A stretch of 64,000 nt of DNA. It comes from a virus. Below, in pieces: positions 47,708 through 57,008 of the stretch (positions are counted from its first letter, which is position 1; each line of letters starts with the position of its first letter). A program made the translations under genes and the position numbers. The notes below the pieces were generated by a model. The model ran no database searches. It saw only the letters and a list, made by a program, of their open reading frames with translations, and was not told where the DNA came from. The stretch spans positions 69,534-133,533 of IMG/VR virus record IMGVR_UViG_3300034200_001185; one strand, given 5' to 3'.

Positions 47708-48769
47708 TTATCTCCTAGGTGGAGGTGCGATTGTTGTTCTTGTGTTTGCTAAACCAATCATCTTTTGGTGGAACGCTGGGTTTCGTTCTACCTTGAACAA
47801 TTCGTGGAAATTTAGCGGAGTATACAAGGATGAGATGGATTCGTGGAACTGTGTTCCGTCAAACAGTGGTACTTGACCACCTTCGAATGGAATTTGTACA
47901 TGGTCGATAAATGTAATATCGGCTCCGTGAGGCACAACGATTGAGGTATCTGTATCCTTACCGCGCTTTGCAAGTGGAATAACCACATCGAAAATCTCGG
48001 CTGGACGTGGATCTTGACATCTTTCACATTCGTATTCGATGTGTAGTAAACCTCTATGACCGCATTTACATGCGTAAACTTCGCCTGCAAGCTGTTCAAG
48101 CTCTTTCTTAGTCTTGTCGGTTGTTTCCATATCTTCGATTGTGCGATTACATGCTTCGCATACATACTTGCTTGGCGTAAGCTTAGCTGCGCGTTTATCC
48201 TTTTCGATACACATCGCACAGGTTTGACCGATTTGTTTTGCTAGATCGATCAATTGACCTGCGTGACCTGGACCAAGTTCGAGATACCCAACTCTACCAA
48301 ACACACGCTTGACGCCTTGTTCATCCCATTGTCTTCGCTGAGATGGTGTTTCAGGCTGACGATAGATTTCGTCATTATAGTCGTTGGTGTGTAGATAGAA
48401 CCAATCGAGAGCAATCACGGTGAAATAGCGCATGCGTCTTGTTGAAAAGCGCTTGTCTTCCTTATCGTATTGCAACTCACAGCTTGGGCAATGAATGGAT
48501 CGATCCTTACCTTTTGCGCATAAGAACGAACGAATAAATGGCTTACCGTTCACTGTGTCCTTGAATGTATGGCGTGGCCATTCGAAGTAAGGTAACTTGA
48601 TGCTTGGATCCGCATAGGAAGGATATGCACCTTCTACGAATAAAAGTGGCGTAGCCGCCTCTTCGAGTTTAATCTGCTTGAGATAACTACCGTTGTAACC
48701 AATGCCATCGCTTTCTGGCTTCTTGGCAGTTTCGTTTAACGCTTGAGATGTTCTAAACCATTGACTCAT
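47708..48769 (-). CDS. gp32-like single-stranded DNA-binding protein with extra Zn ribbons
   Basis: HTFK...FLC...CPSCE resembles the gp32 Zn site; lies between primase and polymerase. Confidence 0.6.
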   Translation of the reverse strand: MSQWFRTSQALNETAKKPESDGIGYNGSYLKQIKLEEAATPLLFVEGAYPSYADPSIKLPYFEWPRHTFKDTVNGKPFIRSFLCAKGKDRSIHCPSCELQYDKEDKRFSTRRMRYFTVIALDWFYLHTNDYNDEIYRQPETPSQRRQWDEQGVKRVFGRVGYLELGPGHAGQLIDLAKQIGQTCAMCIEKDKRAAKLTPSKYVCEACNRTIEDMETTDKTKKELEQLAGEVYACKCGHRGLLHIEYECERCQDPRPAEIFDVVIPLAKRGKDTDTSIVVPHGADITFIDHVQIPFEGGQVPLFDGTQFHESISSLYTPLNFHELFKVERNPAFHQKMIGLANTRTTIAPPPRR

Positions 48770-49682
48770 GGTGATCTCGCTTTCTTCTCCACTGTAGTAG
48801 TGGTAATGCTGACTTTAGTGAGCTTTCTAGCTCGTCTTTCGTAAGTTCGTCAGGTTGACGTGTTGAATAATCAACTAGCCACGTATCCGTGCCATGTTTA
48901 CTTAGTATTATCGCAATATTCTCTTGACCTTTTCGACCCGCCTCATCGTTGTCTAACATGAGATATACAGGACGTCCGTCCGATACAATCATGTCTCTCT
49001 GAGCGTCCGAGATCATTTTTCCGAGGAGTGCTACCGTACCAAGTTCACCTAGCTCGACTAGTTTTAAACACGCCTTAAACCCCTCAACGACAATTAATCT
49101 TTCAACCGACTTAGGGACGCGGTGGTAACGCCATAAGTAGTCGTGAGAACGAGGATTGTATCCCGCTGGGCAATAGTCCATAAGCTCTCGCTTATAAACA
49201 CGGTATCTTGGACCAGTTGAGTTACCAATCGATCTACCATATACCGCAACGAGTTCTCCGTTCTCATTTCGAATAGGTATTGTGACACACTGATTAAAGG
49301 TGTCAAATCCTATTTCGTGGTCTTGTAACACGTCTGGATCAAGTCCACCTTCGATCCATGGTGTAGGCTCATAATCCCACGCATACAAAACACTCTCATC
49401 AAGTATTTGTTCTTGTTGCTTAGGTGTTTTTGTATACATGTCACGCTTTGACTCTGCAATCAAGGCAACGATCTCTTGGGGAGCGCGTTTCCATTTAAGA
49501 GCAGTTTCAAGCGTACCTTTAGCGCCACATGAAAAACAAATAAATACCTTCTTATCAAGGTTAAGATGACATGAAGGCGATTTATCTTGATGATCAGGCG
49601 ATGGGCATTTAATGAATACGTTATTATTTGTACTCGGCTTTACTTCACCGAAATACTCCGCTATCAGTTCTCTGATGTCCAC
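48753..49682 (-). CDS. dnaG: DNA primase (CHC2 zinc finger plus TOPRIM)
   Basis: CPSPDHQDKSPSCHLN...FICFSCG; LIVVEG...LMLDNDEAGRKG. Confidence 0.93.
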   Translation of the reverse strand: MDIRELIAEYFGEVKPSTNNNVFIKCPSPDHQDKSPSCHLNLDKKVFICFSCGAKGTLETALKWKRAPQEIVALIAESKRDMYTKTPKQQEQILDESVLYAWDYEPTPWIEGGLDPDVLQDHEIGFDTFNQCVTIPIRNENGELVAVYGRSIGNSTGPRYRVYKRELMDYCPAGYNPRSHDYLWRYHRVPKSVERLIVVEGFKACLKLVELGELGTVALLGKMISDAQRDMIVSDGRPVYLMLDNDEAGRKGQENIAIILSKHGTDTWLVDYSTRQPDELTKDELESSLKSALPLLQWRRKRDHHESMV

Positions 49683-51088
49683 AACTCACCTTCCGGCTCA
49701 CGAGTTCTAAATTTACGTGGTTGATCTTCTCGTTTATCGCTCTTTTGGGGAGCATCAAGCGATTGAAGATGTTCTACTTGATCTTGCGTAAGGTTTACTT
49801 GATGTAGCGAAAAGTCTACAACGGGTACAAAGTTCACAGTAAAGCTTTCGATCTTTGACTCACGCATAGCAGGTAGCGTAATTAAAATCTTTTCGCCTTC
49901 ACGTGTTGGTATCTTTTGCACACGAATAACAGCATCAGCGTCTTGAATAGCAGACAAGCCGAAACCCACATCGTTATAAGATCCCATATCTTCGCCAGCC
50001 TTACGCTTTGCACCTTCGCGGTTTGATTGAGTTGTACCGATTACAGGTATATTATACTCAGACGCAAGTCCTTTTACGTCTTGCGTAATATTTGTAATTG
50101 TTTTCCAACTTACATCGCGAGATTTAGTACGATCGTCTGACATAAGGTACACACCGTCAATAAACAATATATCGGGTTGAAATGCATCTATCTCGGCACG
50201 AATGGCGTTTACGCCTCCACCAAATCTAGCGGAAGGCTTTACACACCGAATGTTGCGATAGTTTGATGACTCAATTGTACTCTTTGCAGCTTCCATCTGT
50301 TCGTATTGTAAGCTGTTAAGCTCTTCGAACATTCTACCACGTTGCTCTTCGTCAAGCGTGGCTCTAACTACGGATCCGTAGTCCATTCGGCACAGTCTAG
50401 CTAATATACGTCTATATATTTGATCTACAGGCATTTCGTTGGATACTACTAAACAACGAGCATTACCACGTTCAAAAGGACATATCGCACCAACTTCTAA
50501 TCCCATCCACGTTTTACCGCCCTTTGATGGGCCGTAGATCATTGAAAAGGTACCGCCCGACATACCACCGGTACCCTCGTTTAGCGGATCCCAAGGATAA
50601 GGCATACCTAGCAAACCGCCACCACGATTAATTGTTTCGTAGTGTTCTCTAAATCGAGGAATAGCGTCTGCTAAATCAAGTCTCGATGAGTCAGGCATTG
50701 TTCCCTTGTTAAGAGTACGAGTAATTGCATTGAGATGTTCAAGCGCAGCTTCTGGTCCATAAGAACGTAAAAGCTCATCCAAGTCGATGATAGTTGTGCG
50801 AAGTGTTCTGCTAAGATATTCGTCCTTTAATTCGGACACAATCTCGTCAACCGACTCTTCGACTACCTCAGGTATCTCAAGTCCGGGTACCTTCTTGATC
50901 AATTTTCTAGCCGAAGGCACATTACCAATACTTCCGGGTTTAGCCGAATGGTCGATAATTGTTCTCCAAGCTAAAGCGCTCTTTACGTCTGTAAAGTAGT
51001 CGGATCCGACTCCTAGTGTTTGTGCGTGTCTTGCTGATCCATCTTGTAAGATACGACCGATCAATCTACGCTCAAGTTCCCTACTCAT
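49664..51088 (-). CDS. dnaB: replicative DNA helicase, DnaB family
   Basis: Walker A GPSKGGKT, SNEM, Walker B IDGVYLM, TQSNR, QDAD. Confidence 0.93.
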   Translation of the reverse strand: MSRELERRLIGRILQDGSARHAQTLGVGSDYFTDVKSALAWRTIIDHSAKPGSIGNVPSARKLIKKVPGLEIPEVVEESVDEIVSELKDEYLSRTLRTTIIDLDELLRSYGPEAALEHLNAITRTLNKGTMPDSSRLDLADAIPRFREHYETINRGGGLLGMPYPWDPLNEGTGGMSGGTFSMIYGPSKGGKTWMGLEVGAICPFERGNARCLVVSNEMPVDQIYRRILARLCRMDYGSVVRATLDEEQRGRMFEELNSLQYEQMEAAKSTIESSNYRNIRCVKPSARFGGGVNAIRAEIDAFQPDILFIDGVYLMSDDRTKSRDVSWKTITNITQDVKGLASEYNIPVIGTTQSNREGAKRKAGEDMGSYNDVGFGLSAIQDADAVIRVQKIPTREGEKILITLPAMRESKIESFTVNFVPVVDFSLHQVNLTQDQVEHLQSLDAPQKSDKREDQPRKFRTREPEGELWTSEN

Positions 51089-51309
51089 GACTGAGGCCTT
51101 TCGCTCAAGTATTCTAGGATCGTCTTTTCGAGTAAATCTCGATAAGATTTAATGTGTTTTGTTTTCTCACCAACGAGTGGTAAATCAAAACTAAGGTTTG
51201 TGCGAATGTCCTTAATAGTAAGAACGCAATCAATTACCAACATATCGTTGAAAAATTTTATACCAACGACTGCAAGCTTTGCACCATGCAATTCGTAGAA
51301 GTTCTTCAT
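51085..51309 (-). CDS. hypothetical protein
   Basis: MKNFYEL..., 74 aa, ATGA-coupled on both sides; ORF-track start 51531 is probably too long. Confidence 0.65.
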   Translation of the reverse strand: MKNFYELHGAKLAVVGIKFFNDMLVIDCVLTIKDIRTNLSFDLPLVGEKTKHIKSYRDLLEKTILEYLSERPQS

Positions 51310-51629
51310 CGCAAACTCTTTGCAGCTTCCATTGATATACGTAATTCTTCGGGCACTACGATTTGTAGTGTTTCGAAGGCTTTCTTCACAGACGCCTCGT
51401 CTTGATTTACGGTAAGAGTTACAGTGATTGCGACGGATACGCCGTTTCCATAATTCTTCTCGCTGTTTTCCATAGTCATAGAAATCTTCGCAAGTGCATT
51501 TCCAATAATTTCGTCCATGATAATCTCCCAAGGTATATCGATGTTCTTTTGATATACGGTCTTTTGTTTAGGTGTTTCGACTGTTATGTTTGCAATCGCA
51601 CGAATAGTATTTACCTTTTTGTCGGACAT
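51306..51629 (-). CDS. hypothetical protein
   Basis: MSDKKVNT..., 107 aa; GGAG RBS. Confidence 0.75.
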   Translation of the reverse strand: MSDKKVNTIRAIANITVETPKQKTVYQKNIDIPWEIIMDEIIGNALAKISMTMENSEKNYGNGVSVAITVTLTVNQDEASVKKAFETLQIVVPEELRISMEAAKSLR

Positions 51630-51661
51630 AAAAATCTCCACTATCGGGCGTATTCGCCTTT

Positions 51662-51695
51662 CATGATGTTATCCCAAGTTACTCTGCGTAATTTC
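51662..51695 (-). promoter_or_regulatory. degenerate phage promoter motif site (GAAA-N16-GGGATAA-CAT-CATG)
   Basis: In the only sizeable gap of the replication operon, 33 nt upstream of ATG 51629; two mismatches in the core. Confidence 0.4.
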
Positions 51696-52188
51696 AATCT
51701 TCGCTTTCGGTTGTATTTGACTCCTTGACAATACAACTCACGCCCACAACTCGTTCCAAAGTTTTCCAAACCTTTTTCTGCTCTTTGTCTAGCTTAGCCG
51801 TATCGATCGTAATCTTTACTGGAGGCGGATTAAGTCCGGACTCTTGAAAGATAGAATGGATTTCGGTAACAGAGTAAGGCACCTCGCGAGATAGACGTGG
51901 AATTGCGTAAAACTGAGGCACAGTGCTGTACGATCTTGGCATGTCTTCTCGATTTGCAAGCTTCTCTTGAAACAAGGATTGCGCTTCCTGCCTAAAGCGA
52001 GTTTTCTCTCGCTCAATTTCTGCTTGCAACTGATCTCGCTTATCTACTAGCGATGCCTTAATGTCTGCAAAACGTTGCAAGCTAGCGTCCCAATATTCCT
52101 CAGGAAGAAACTCACGAAGTATTCCGCCATGCTCAACGAGTTCTTCAAGCTTTTCAACTTCCTTATATAAATCTTCGATAATGCTCAT
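51694..52188 (-). CDS. hypothetical coiled-coil protein
   Basis: 164 aa in operon. Confidence 0.7.
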   Translation of the reverse strand: MSIIEDLYKEVEKLEELVEHGGILREFLPEEYWDASLQRFADIKASLVDKRDQLQAEIEREKTRFRQEAQSLFQEKLANREDMPRSYSTVPQFYAIPRLSREVPYSVTEIHSIFQESGLNPPPVKITIDTAKLDKEQKKVWKTLERVVGVSCIVKESNTTESED

Positions 52189-52857
52189 TTAAACCTTCTC
52201 GCTTAATAGTGAATCTGCTATACCCCACGCTGTTTCAAACGCTTGACAAATCTGCGAAATGACACCGTTTGAGTCATCATAATCGCCAATTCTCTCTGCG
52301 TAATCGCTAGCATGTGTATAGATTGTTGGGTAACGTACAGCCGTAAGTACTCCAGGTACTTCGACTGAGAATAGCGTATCCGCTGTTCCTACTTTTTGTG
52401 GTAATTTACTTGTACGCTTACAAAGCGATACTGCTCCCGCATGACCAAGTATTAAGATCACAAGTGGATCAACTTGATAAATGACTTGATACAAACGATC
52501 TCTACACGCTTTAATTTCTAGTGTTTTAGGATCACGGTTATTTCCAGCATTCGCACCAGCGGTAATAATACCGCGACAACTGACTGCCGATGTAACAAAC
52601 GCTTCTTCCATAAAAACTTGCCTTGCCTCTTGACGAGTAAACCTACCGCGCTTAGATAACACAACATCTTCAAATATTCTAACGACAAAATTCATGTCGT
52701 CTGTCATAAATGTTCCGTGTTTATCTTCAAGCTGTGTTGGCATTTCGCGAATAATTAGGACTTTAGGTCTAACGGGTCCGTTACCAATTAAAACGTTTTT
52801 CCTTGTCTTACAAAGATCGCATTGTACGCAATGATTGTACTCAGGAAGAGAAATCAT
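52189..52857 (-). CDS. uracil-DNA glycosylase family 4-like protein with altered active-site motifs
   Basis: CVQC..C, GNGPVRPKVLIIREMP, LED, VSCR, EIKACRDRL, ILILG; Fe-S Cys retained. Confidence 0.8.
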   Translation of the reverse strand: MISLPEYNHCVQCDLCKTRKNVLIGNGPVRPKVLIIREMPTQLEDKHGTFMTDDMNFVVRIFEDVVLSKRGRFTRQEARQVFMEEAFVTSAVSCRGIITAGANAGNNRDPKTLEIKACRDRLYQVIYQVDPLVILILGHAGAVSLCKRTSKLPQKVGTADTLFSVEVPGVLTAVRYPTIYTHASDYAERIGDYDDSNGVISQICQAFETAWGIADSLLSEKV

Positions 52858-53123
52858 TCTTCGCCCTCAGATTCGTCTTTAAACATATCCAAGTTTTCTA
52901 CGTTATTGTCTTCGCAGTACATTCGTAGCTTTGCGCTTAGTGTGTATATATCGTACTTGATTGTGCTTGCAGTCATATACAAGGTAGTTACCGCTTCAGA
53001 GGACTCGTCAAATTCTTGACAGGCGGAACACAAGTAATCAGCTTGACGCCAAGTTTCGTCAAGTAATTCCTCGATATCGGCTACGATGTCCTTTAGTGTT
53101 CTTTTGTTTTGTTCTTCTGACAT
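52854..53123 (-). CDS. hypothetical acidic protein
   Basis: 89 aa; ATGA coupling. Confidence 0.7.
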   Translation of the reverse strand: MSEEQNKRTLKDIVADIEELLDETWRQADYLCSACQEFDESSEAVTTLYMTASTIKYDIYTLSAKLRMYCEDNNVENLDMFKDESEGEE

Positions 53124-53128
53124 ATTTC

Positions 53129-54433
53129 CTACTTTCTGTCATTATACTCGTATCCCCATTCCGCTAATCTTTTCTTACACTGACGCATAAGAGCGCCACA
53201 CATATGAATACTCGTATCCGAGATAAAGATTGCGATAGGGTTTAACTTGTGTTGGTGTTTACGTTGGATTCTTCCAAGTGCTTGTTGAAGTATATTACCG
53301 TGTGTCTTTGCACCAAACGGTGTCATGATGATTAAACACGATAGCTCTGGTACGTTAAGCGCTTCTGCAGCAACATCTAACGTAGCAAAGCTAACCGGAT
53401 TATTCGCAATATTATCACGCCGAAGTTCCGCATCTACATCACCGCAGGCAATACCGCTTTCTGGGTATAAAGTGCTCATATGCTTTACATGTTCCACACT
53501 ATGCGTAAGGCATAATACCTTATGACCATTGCTTACATAACGATCTATTTCTTTTTGAATAAGATTGTTTCTATTCGTTAGCGTACCAAGCCATGCGCAT
53601 AACTTTCTGTGATGTATTTCGCCTGATCTATCCTTAGCATCATCCGTTACGTCATCTTCCGTCAGTCCTGTGTCAATAAAATAAATACTTGGTATTAACT
53701 CTTGAGACGTATTGCTAAAGTGTACAGGCCCTATATGATACTCGAAAGCTCTCTCGTATCCATCTTCTCTCTTAGGTGTAGCAGATAATCCGTGTCTTTT
53801 ACCGTAGAACATTGGACATACTTTGTGAAACATTGGTGCGGATAGGTGATGACACTCATCGAATACAATTACGCCAAATGATTTAGCAAAGTCTTGTGGT
53901 AGCGTATCCGCTTTACTACTAAGTGTGTTTATTGATGCGAGCACAATAAACTTATCTTCGTATTCCCACTTTTTACCTTGTACGATACCGATCTTACTTT
54001 CTGGTATATCTAAGTGCGTTTTAATCTCATCAATCCACTGCGAGATTAGATTAACTCGATTAACAATTACGATTGCTTTCTCCTGTTCGAGTGCAATGTA
54101 GTTAAGCGCAACAACTGTCTTACCATGACCACAACCTAAGTTTAAAATACCGTGACCATGACTAACCATAGACAAAAGAGCGTCTTGCTGTTGTGGACGT
54201 AATTTAGTCTTAGATACAATCGGTAGCTTTTCCCAAGTAGGACGAATATCCTCAAATGGTTCTATGGGATCCATGAAATGAAGCGGAACTTTAACGTGAT
54301 TGCCTACCAATTCTGCGTCTGACGGTAAGTCTCCGACCATAAGCGAGTACTTAAGTACTTTAAAGTTTACCTTTTCCTTTGGTAAGTATAGGTAGTTTGA
54401 TAAGTACGATACTCCGTCTTTAAACTCAGTCAT
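53129..54433 (-). CDS. superfamily II helicase (UvsW/XPB-like)
   Basis: LRPQQ, GCGHGKT, DECHH, GLSAT, QALGRIQR. Confidence 0.93.
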   Translation of the reverse strand: MTEFKDGVSYLSNYLYLPKEKVNFKVLKYSLMVGDLPSDAELVGNHVKVPLHFMDPIEPFEDIRPTWEKLPIVSKTKLRPQQQDALLSMVSHGHGILNLGCGHGKTVVALNYIALEQEKAIVIVNRVNLISQWIDEIKTHLDIPESKIGIVQGKKWEYEDKFIVLASINTLSSKADTLPQDFAKSFGVIVFDECHHLSAPMFHKVCPMFYGKRHGLSATPKREDGYERAFEYHIGPVHFSNTSQELIPSIYFIDTGLTEDDVTDDAKDRSGEIHHRKLCAWLGTLTNRNNLIQKEIDRYVSNGHKVLCLTHSVEHVKHMSTLYPESGIACGDVDAELRRDNIANNPVSFATLDVAAEALNVPELSCLIIMTPFGAKTHGNILQQALGRIQRKHQHKLNPIAIFISDTSIHMCGALMRQCKKRLAEWGYEYNDRK

Positions 54434-54819
54434 TTAATTACGTCTCGAAGTTTCTTCTTTAGATCGGCTAAACTCTTAAACGATTCATCTTCAAGCGAAT
54501 TGATTAAGCTAGTAAGTTTAGATGAGTCAATTACGATTAGCTTTTCGTCATAACCTTCGTTATCAACGAGTGCTCTGGCACATAAACGCTCTAACTCGAA
54601 CTGTTCTGCGTCGGATAAGCTGTATATTGTAGCTAAGTAAGCTCTGCTTTGCTTATTTGGAATACGTTCTCCTACTTCAAATAATCGAAAGCTCTCGGAC
54701 GTGATATTGATACCACGTGTTTTAGCAAAGGCTGCTACGTCAACTAGTGTTTGGAACTTTAAGCGTATTCGCTTAGTCTTAATGAACTCTGCGAGTTCTT
54801 GCATCTTTTTACTCTTCAT
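54430..54819 (-). CDS. XRE-family helix-turn-helix protein
   Basis: IKTKRIRLKFQTLVDVA...ITSESFRLFEVGERIPN. Confidence 0.7.
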   Translation of the reverse strand: MKSKKMQELAEFIKTKRIRLKFQTLVDVAAFAKTRGINITSESFRLFEVGERIPNKQSRAYLATIYSLSDAEQFELERLCARALVDNEGYDEKLIVIDSSKLTSLINSLEDESFKSLADLKKKLRDVIK

Positions 54820-55243
54820 CGGACATTACCTTATGTCGATAGTTTTCTCTTGACGCTACGATGAGCGAATGTATACGCTCTGTAGTCACTTGTGCTATAT
54901 CATGAACAAGATACGTTGTAAACTGTCCAAATATAGGTTTGTTGAAATTAAAGTCAACGTCTGCTGCGCGTATGACACCTCCACGCTGTGCTGCCACTGG
55001 TACTGCAGCGGTTGTTGCAGGTCTTACGGGTACTCCTGTTGATACGTAGTTACTAGCCGGCGTTGTTGGCGATGCTGCTCTTGGTCTTGTATAATAGCTC
55101 ACGTTATTTCTCGCTTTCTCGTCTATGGCTTTACTGCATTCGTGTCTAAATCCGCATCCGGAACACGCAGAACTACTTTCATTAAACTCAGAGTCATTCG
55201 CAAAGCAATCTGGCTTGTCGGATGATTTAGTGTAATAGCTCAT
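54809..55243 (-). CDS. hypothetical protein with N-terminal Cys4 motif
   Basis: PDCF...CSGCGFRHEC; AAGGAGG RBS; first gene of the replication block. Confidence 0.8.
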   Translation of the reverse strand: MSYYTKSSDKPDCFANDSEFNESSSACSGCGFRHECSKAIDEKARNNVSYYTRPRAASPTTPASNYVSTGVPVRPATTAAVPVAAQRGGVIRAADVDFNFNKPIFGQFTTYLVHDIAQVTTERIHSLIVASRENYRHKVMSDEE

Positions 55244-55270
55244 TTATTGGCTACCTCCTTTGTTTGTCTG

Positions 55271-55306
55271 TATGCTATTATCACAGATAATTGACTATTA
55301 AATTGA
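55271..55306 (-). promoter_or_regulatory. phage promoter motif site 3 (TCAA-N18-GTGATAA-TAG-CATA)
   Basis: 28 nt upstream of ATG 55243, at the head of the replication operon. Confidence 0.6.
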
Positions 55307-55323
55307 TCCTACTTATTGTATAA
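55291..55323 (+). promoter_or_regulatory. candidate plus-strand promoter: TTGACT-N17-TATTGT, with TATTGTATAA box
   Basis: Sigma70-like spacing upstream of ATG 55348; TATTGTAYAA also occurs at 29780-29789. Confidence 0.4.
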
Positions 55324-55347
55324 GTTACGTATTACAAGGAGCTTATT

Positions 55348-56208
55348 ATGAAGATTTTAAACCGATACCCCGTAGATACTCCGCAACAAGTTAAGCATGC
55401 TTCGGACTACTTTGACGAATACTACAACGACTTTACCGTGTCCGATCGAGTTAATTTTGCACAAGGCTTAGTTAAGGCAGCGGAGTTTCACGGTGTTGAA
55501 GTTACAGATCGTGTTGAGGAATACACAGGCGTACCAAGAGAAGATATTACCGTTGGTATTCACATGCGAAATTATTTAACTGGCGGATATGCGTCAGATG
55601 CATTAAACGGTATTCAAAAGATTGCGTCAGTTGTGGATCCGCATGAGATTGTTTTATTACTCGAAGAATTTGATAAACAAAACCAACTCGAACGTCATTA
55701 CCACCGTATGCCTGATCCGTATCAAACTGTATTTGTAAAAACCGCAGAAACACTTAGAGACGAAGTATGGCGTGGCCCAACCGACTCATTACGCCAAGAT
55801 AAATTCGAAGTATGGGTTAGATCTCCTAAGAGTAAATCTATATTACAAGAAACATTTACACCCGACTTAGCGATTGAAATTATTCGCAATCCTTGGGAAA
55901 TATTTATGTCTTTACCCGATCCACATAAACAAATGATCGCAAGACTTGTGAATGATAACGTAATTGACAATCTCAATAACTCCGGTAGAAGTTTATATGA
56001 TTACGATGGCGCGCTTACAAGCGAACAACTTGACGAATCTCCAGAACAACAACTTAGAAGATTACATACACGTCATTACTCCGGCGGTCCTTCATCTATG
56101 ACAGGCGTTATGGAAGGTGGTGGCGTACAAGGCGATCCTATGAATCGTATTGCAGCAAGCGTATTACACGGCATCAAGGATAAACAAGATAGAATGCGTA
56201 GGACATAA
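55348..56208 (+). CDS. probable head/internal virion protein
   Basis: 286 aa; repeated K-x-A motifs (VKHAS, VKAAE, QKIAS, VKTAE); head of the portal operon; AAGGAG RBS. Confidence 0.55.
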   Translation: MKILNRYPVDTPQQVKHASDYFDEYYNDFTVSDRVNFAQGLVKAAEFHGVEVTDRVEEYTGVPREDITVGIHMRNYLTGGYASDALNGIQKIASVVDPHEIVLLLEEFDKQNQLERHYHRMPDPYQTVFVKTAETLRDEVWRGPTDSLRQDKFEVWVRSPKSKSILQETFTPDLAIEIIRNPWEIFMSLPDPHKQMIARLVNDNVIDNLNNSGRSLYDYDGALTSEQLDESPEQQLRRLHTRHYSGGPSSMTGVMEGGGVQGDPMNRIAASVLHGIKDKQDRMRRT

Positions 56209-57008
56209 TGCTTAGAAAAGACTTTTTTAGCAACGAAACTACTCATGCGTATTGCTTAGGTATTGCATGCGACAATCTATTCGGTATAAATTGGCTCGAA
56301 TGGGAGCCTAAAACCGTTTACCAAGGAATTGCCGAACTCGGCTATCAACCGGTATCCGAAACGAATGCACAAAAATTACATGCGTATAGAACTGGTGTTG
56401 CTACGGTATTACCTTGGACTGATTGGCTATCCTTCGAAAGCACAATCAACGGTTTAAATGGCGTAATTGTAAACTTTACTAAGAGTACACCTTGTAAGAT
56501 TTCGCACCTAATGGCTGGCATGGATATTCTTCGATTACTTCAGCAACAAAAGTTTGGAGACGAGGTAAAGAAGTATATTGCGTCTTGTGGTAAGAATGCG
56601 GAGTTAAACTTCTTACCAGATCCGCTTACCTTTTGTATGCAGTACCTTTGTAGGCCTATGTATAAGTGTAATGACTGCGGAAACACTGACGTAGACGATC
56701 TATCGGACGGTAGATGTGATTTCTGTGTTGGTAGGTACGAACAAGGTGTACTAATCGATGCGCCACAAAAAGGTTTAGAAAATCGAGGTACAAACATTAC
56801 TAAGTTTATGGAATACGATTATTTTGAGCTTGCAAATAAATTCGATGCTTACAAACAATTATCGGAAGATAAGATTTTACTTGGCATATCTCCGTTAGAA
56901 ATACAAATAGCAAAGTTGCTTCAGTATAACTATTATAGAAAAGAGATGCGCTTTCAAATGAACGAACAGCTACAGGAGATCAAACATGCGGGTTTCAAGA
57001 ATGTATAA
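56208..57008 (+). CDS. hypothetical protein with a Zn ribbon
   Basis: 266 aa; CNDC...CDFC; TAATG coupling. Confidence 0.75.
   Translation: MLRKDFFSNETTHAYCLGIACDNLFGINWLEWEPKTVYQGIAELGYQPVSETNAQKLHAYRTGVATVLPWTDWLSFESTINGLNGVIVNFTKSTPCKISHLMAGMDILRLLQQQKFGDEVKKYIASCGKNAELNFLPDPLTFCMQYLCRPMYKCNDCGNTDVDDLSDGRCDFCVGRYEQGVLIDAPQKGLENRGTNITKFMEYDYFELANKFDAYKQLSEDKILLGISPLEIQIAKLLQYNYYRKEMRFQMNEQLQEIKHAGFKNV

Noticed and set aside
44442-53418. Bare TTATCAC heptamers at 44442-44448 and 53412-53418
   Set aside because: Within coding sequence and lacking the YATA element; treated as background
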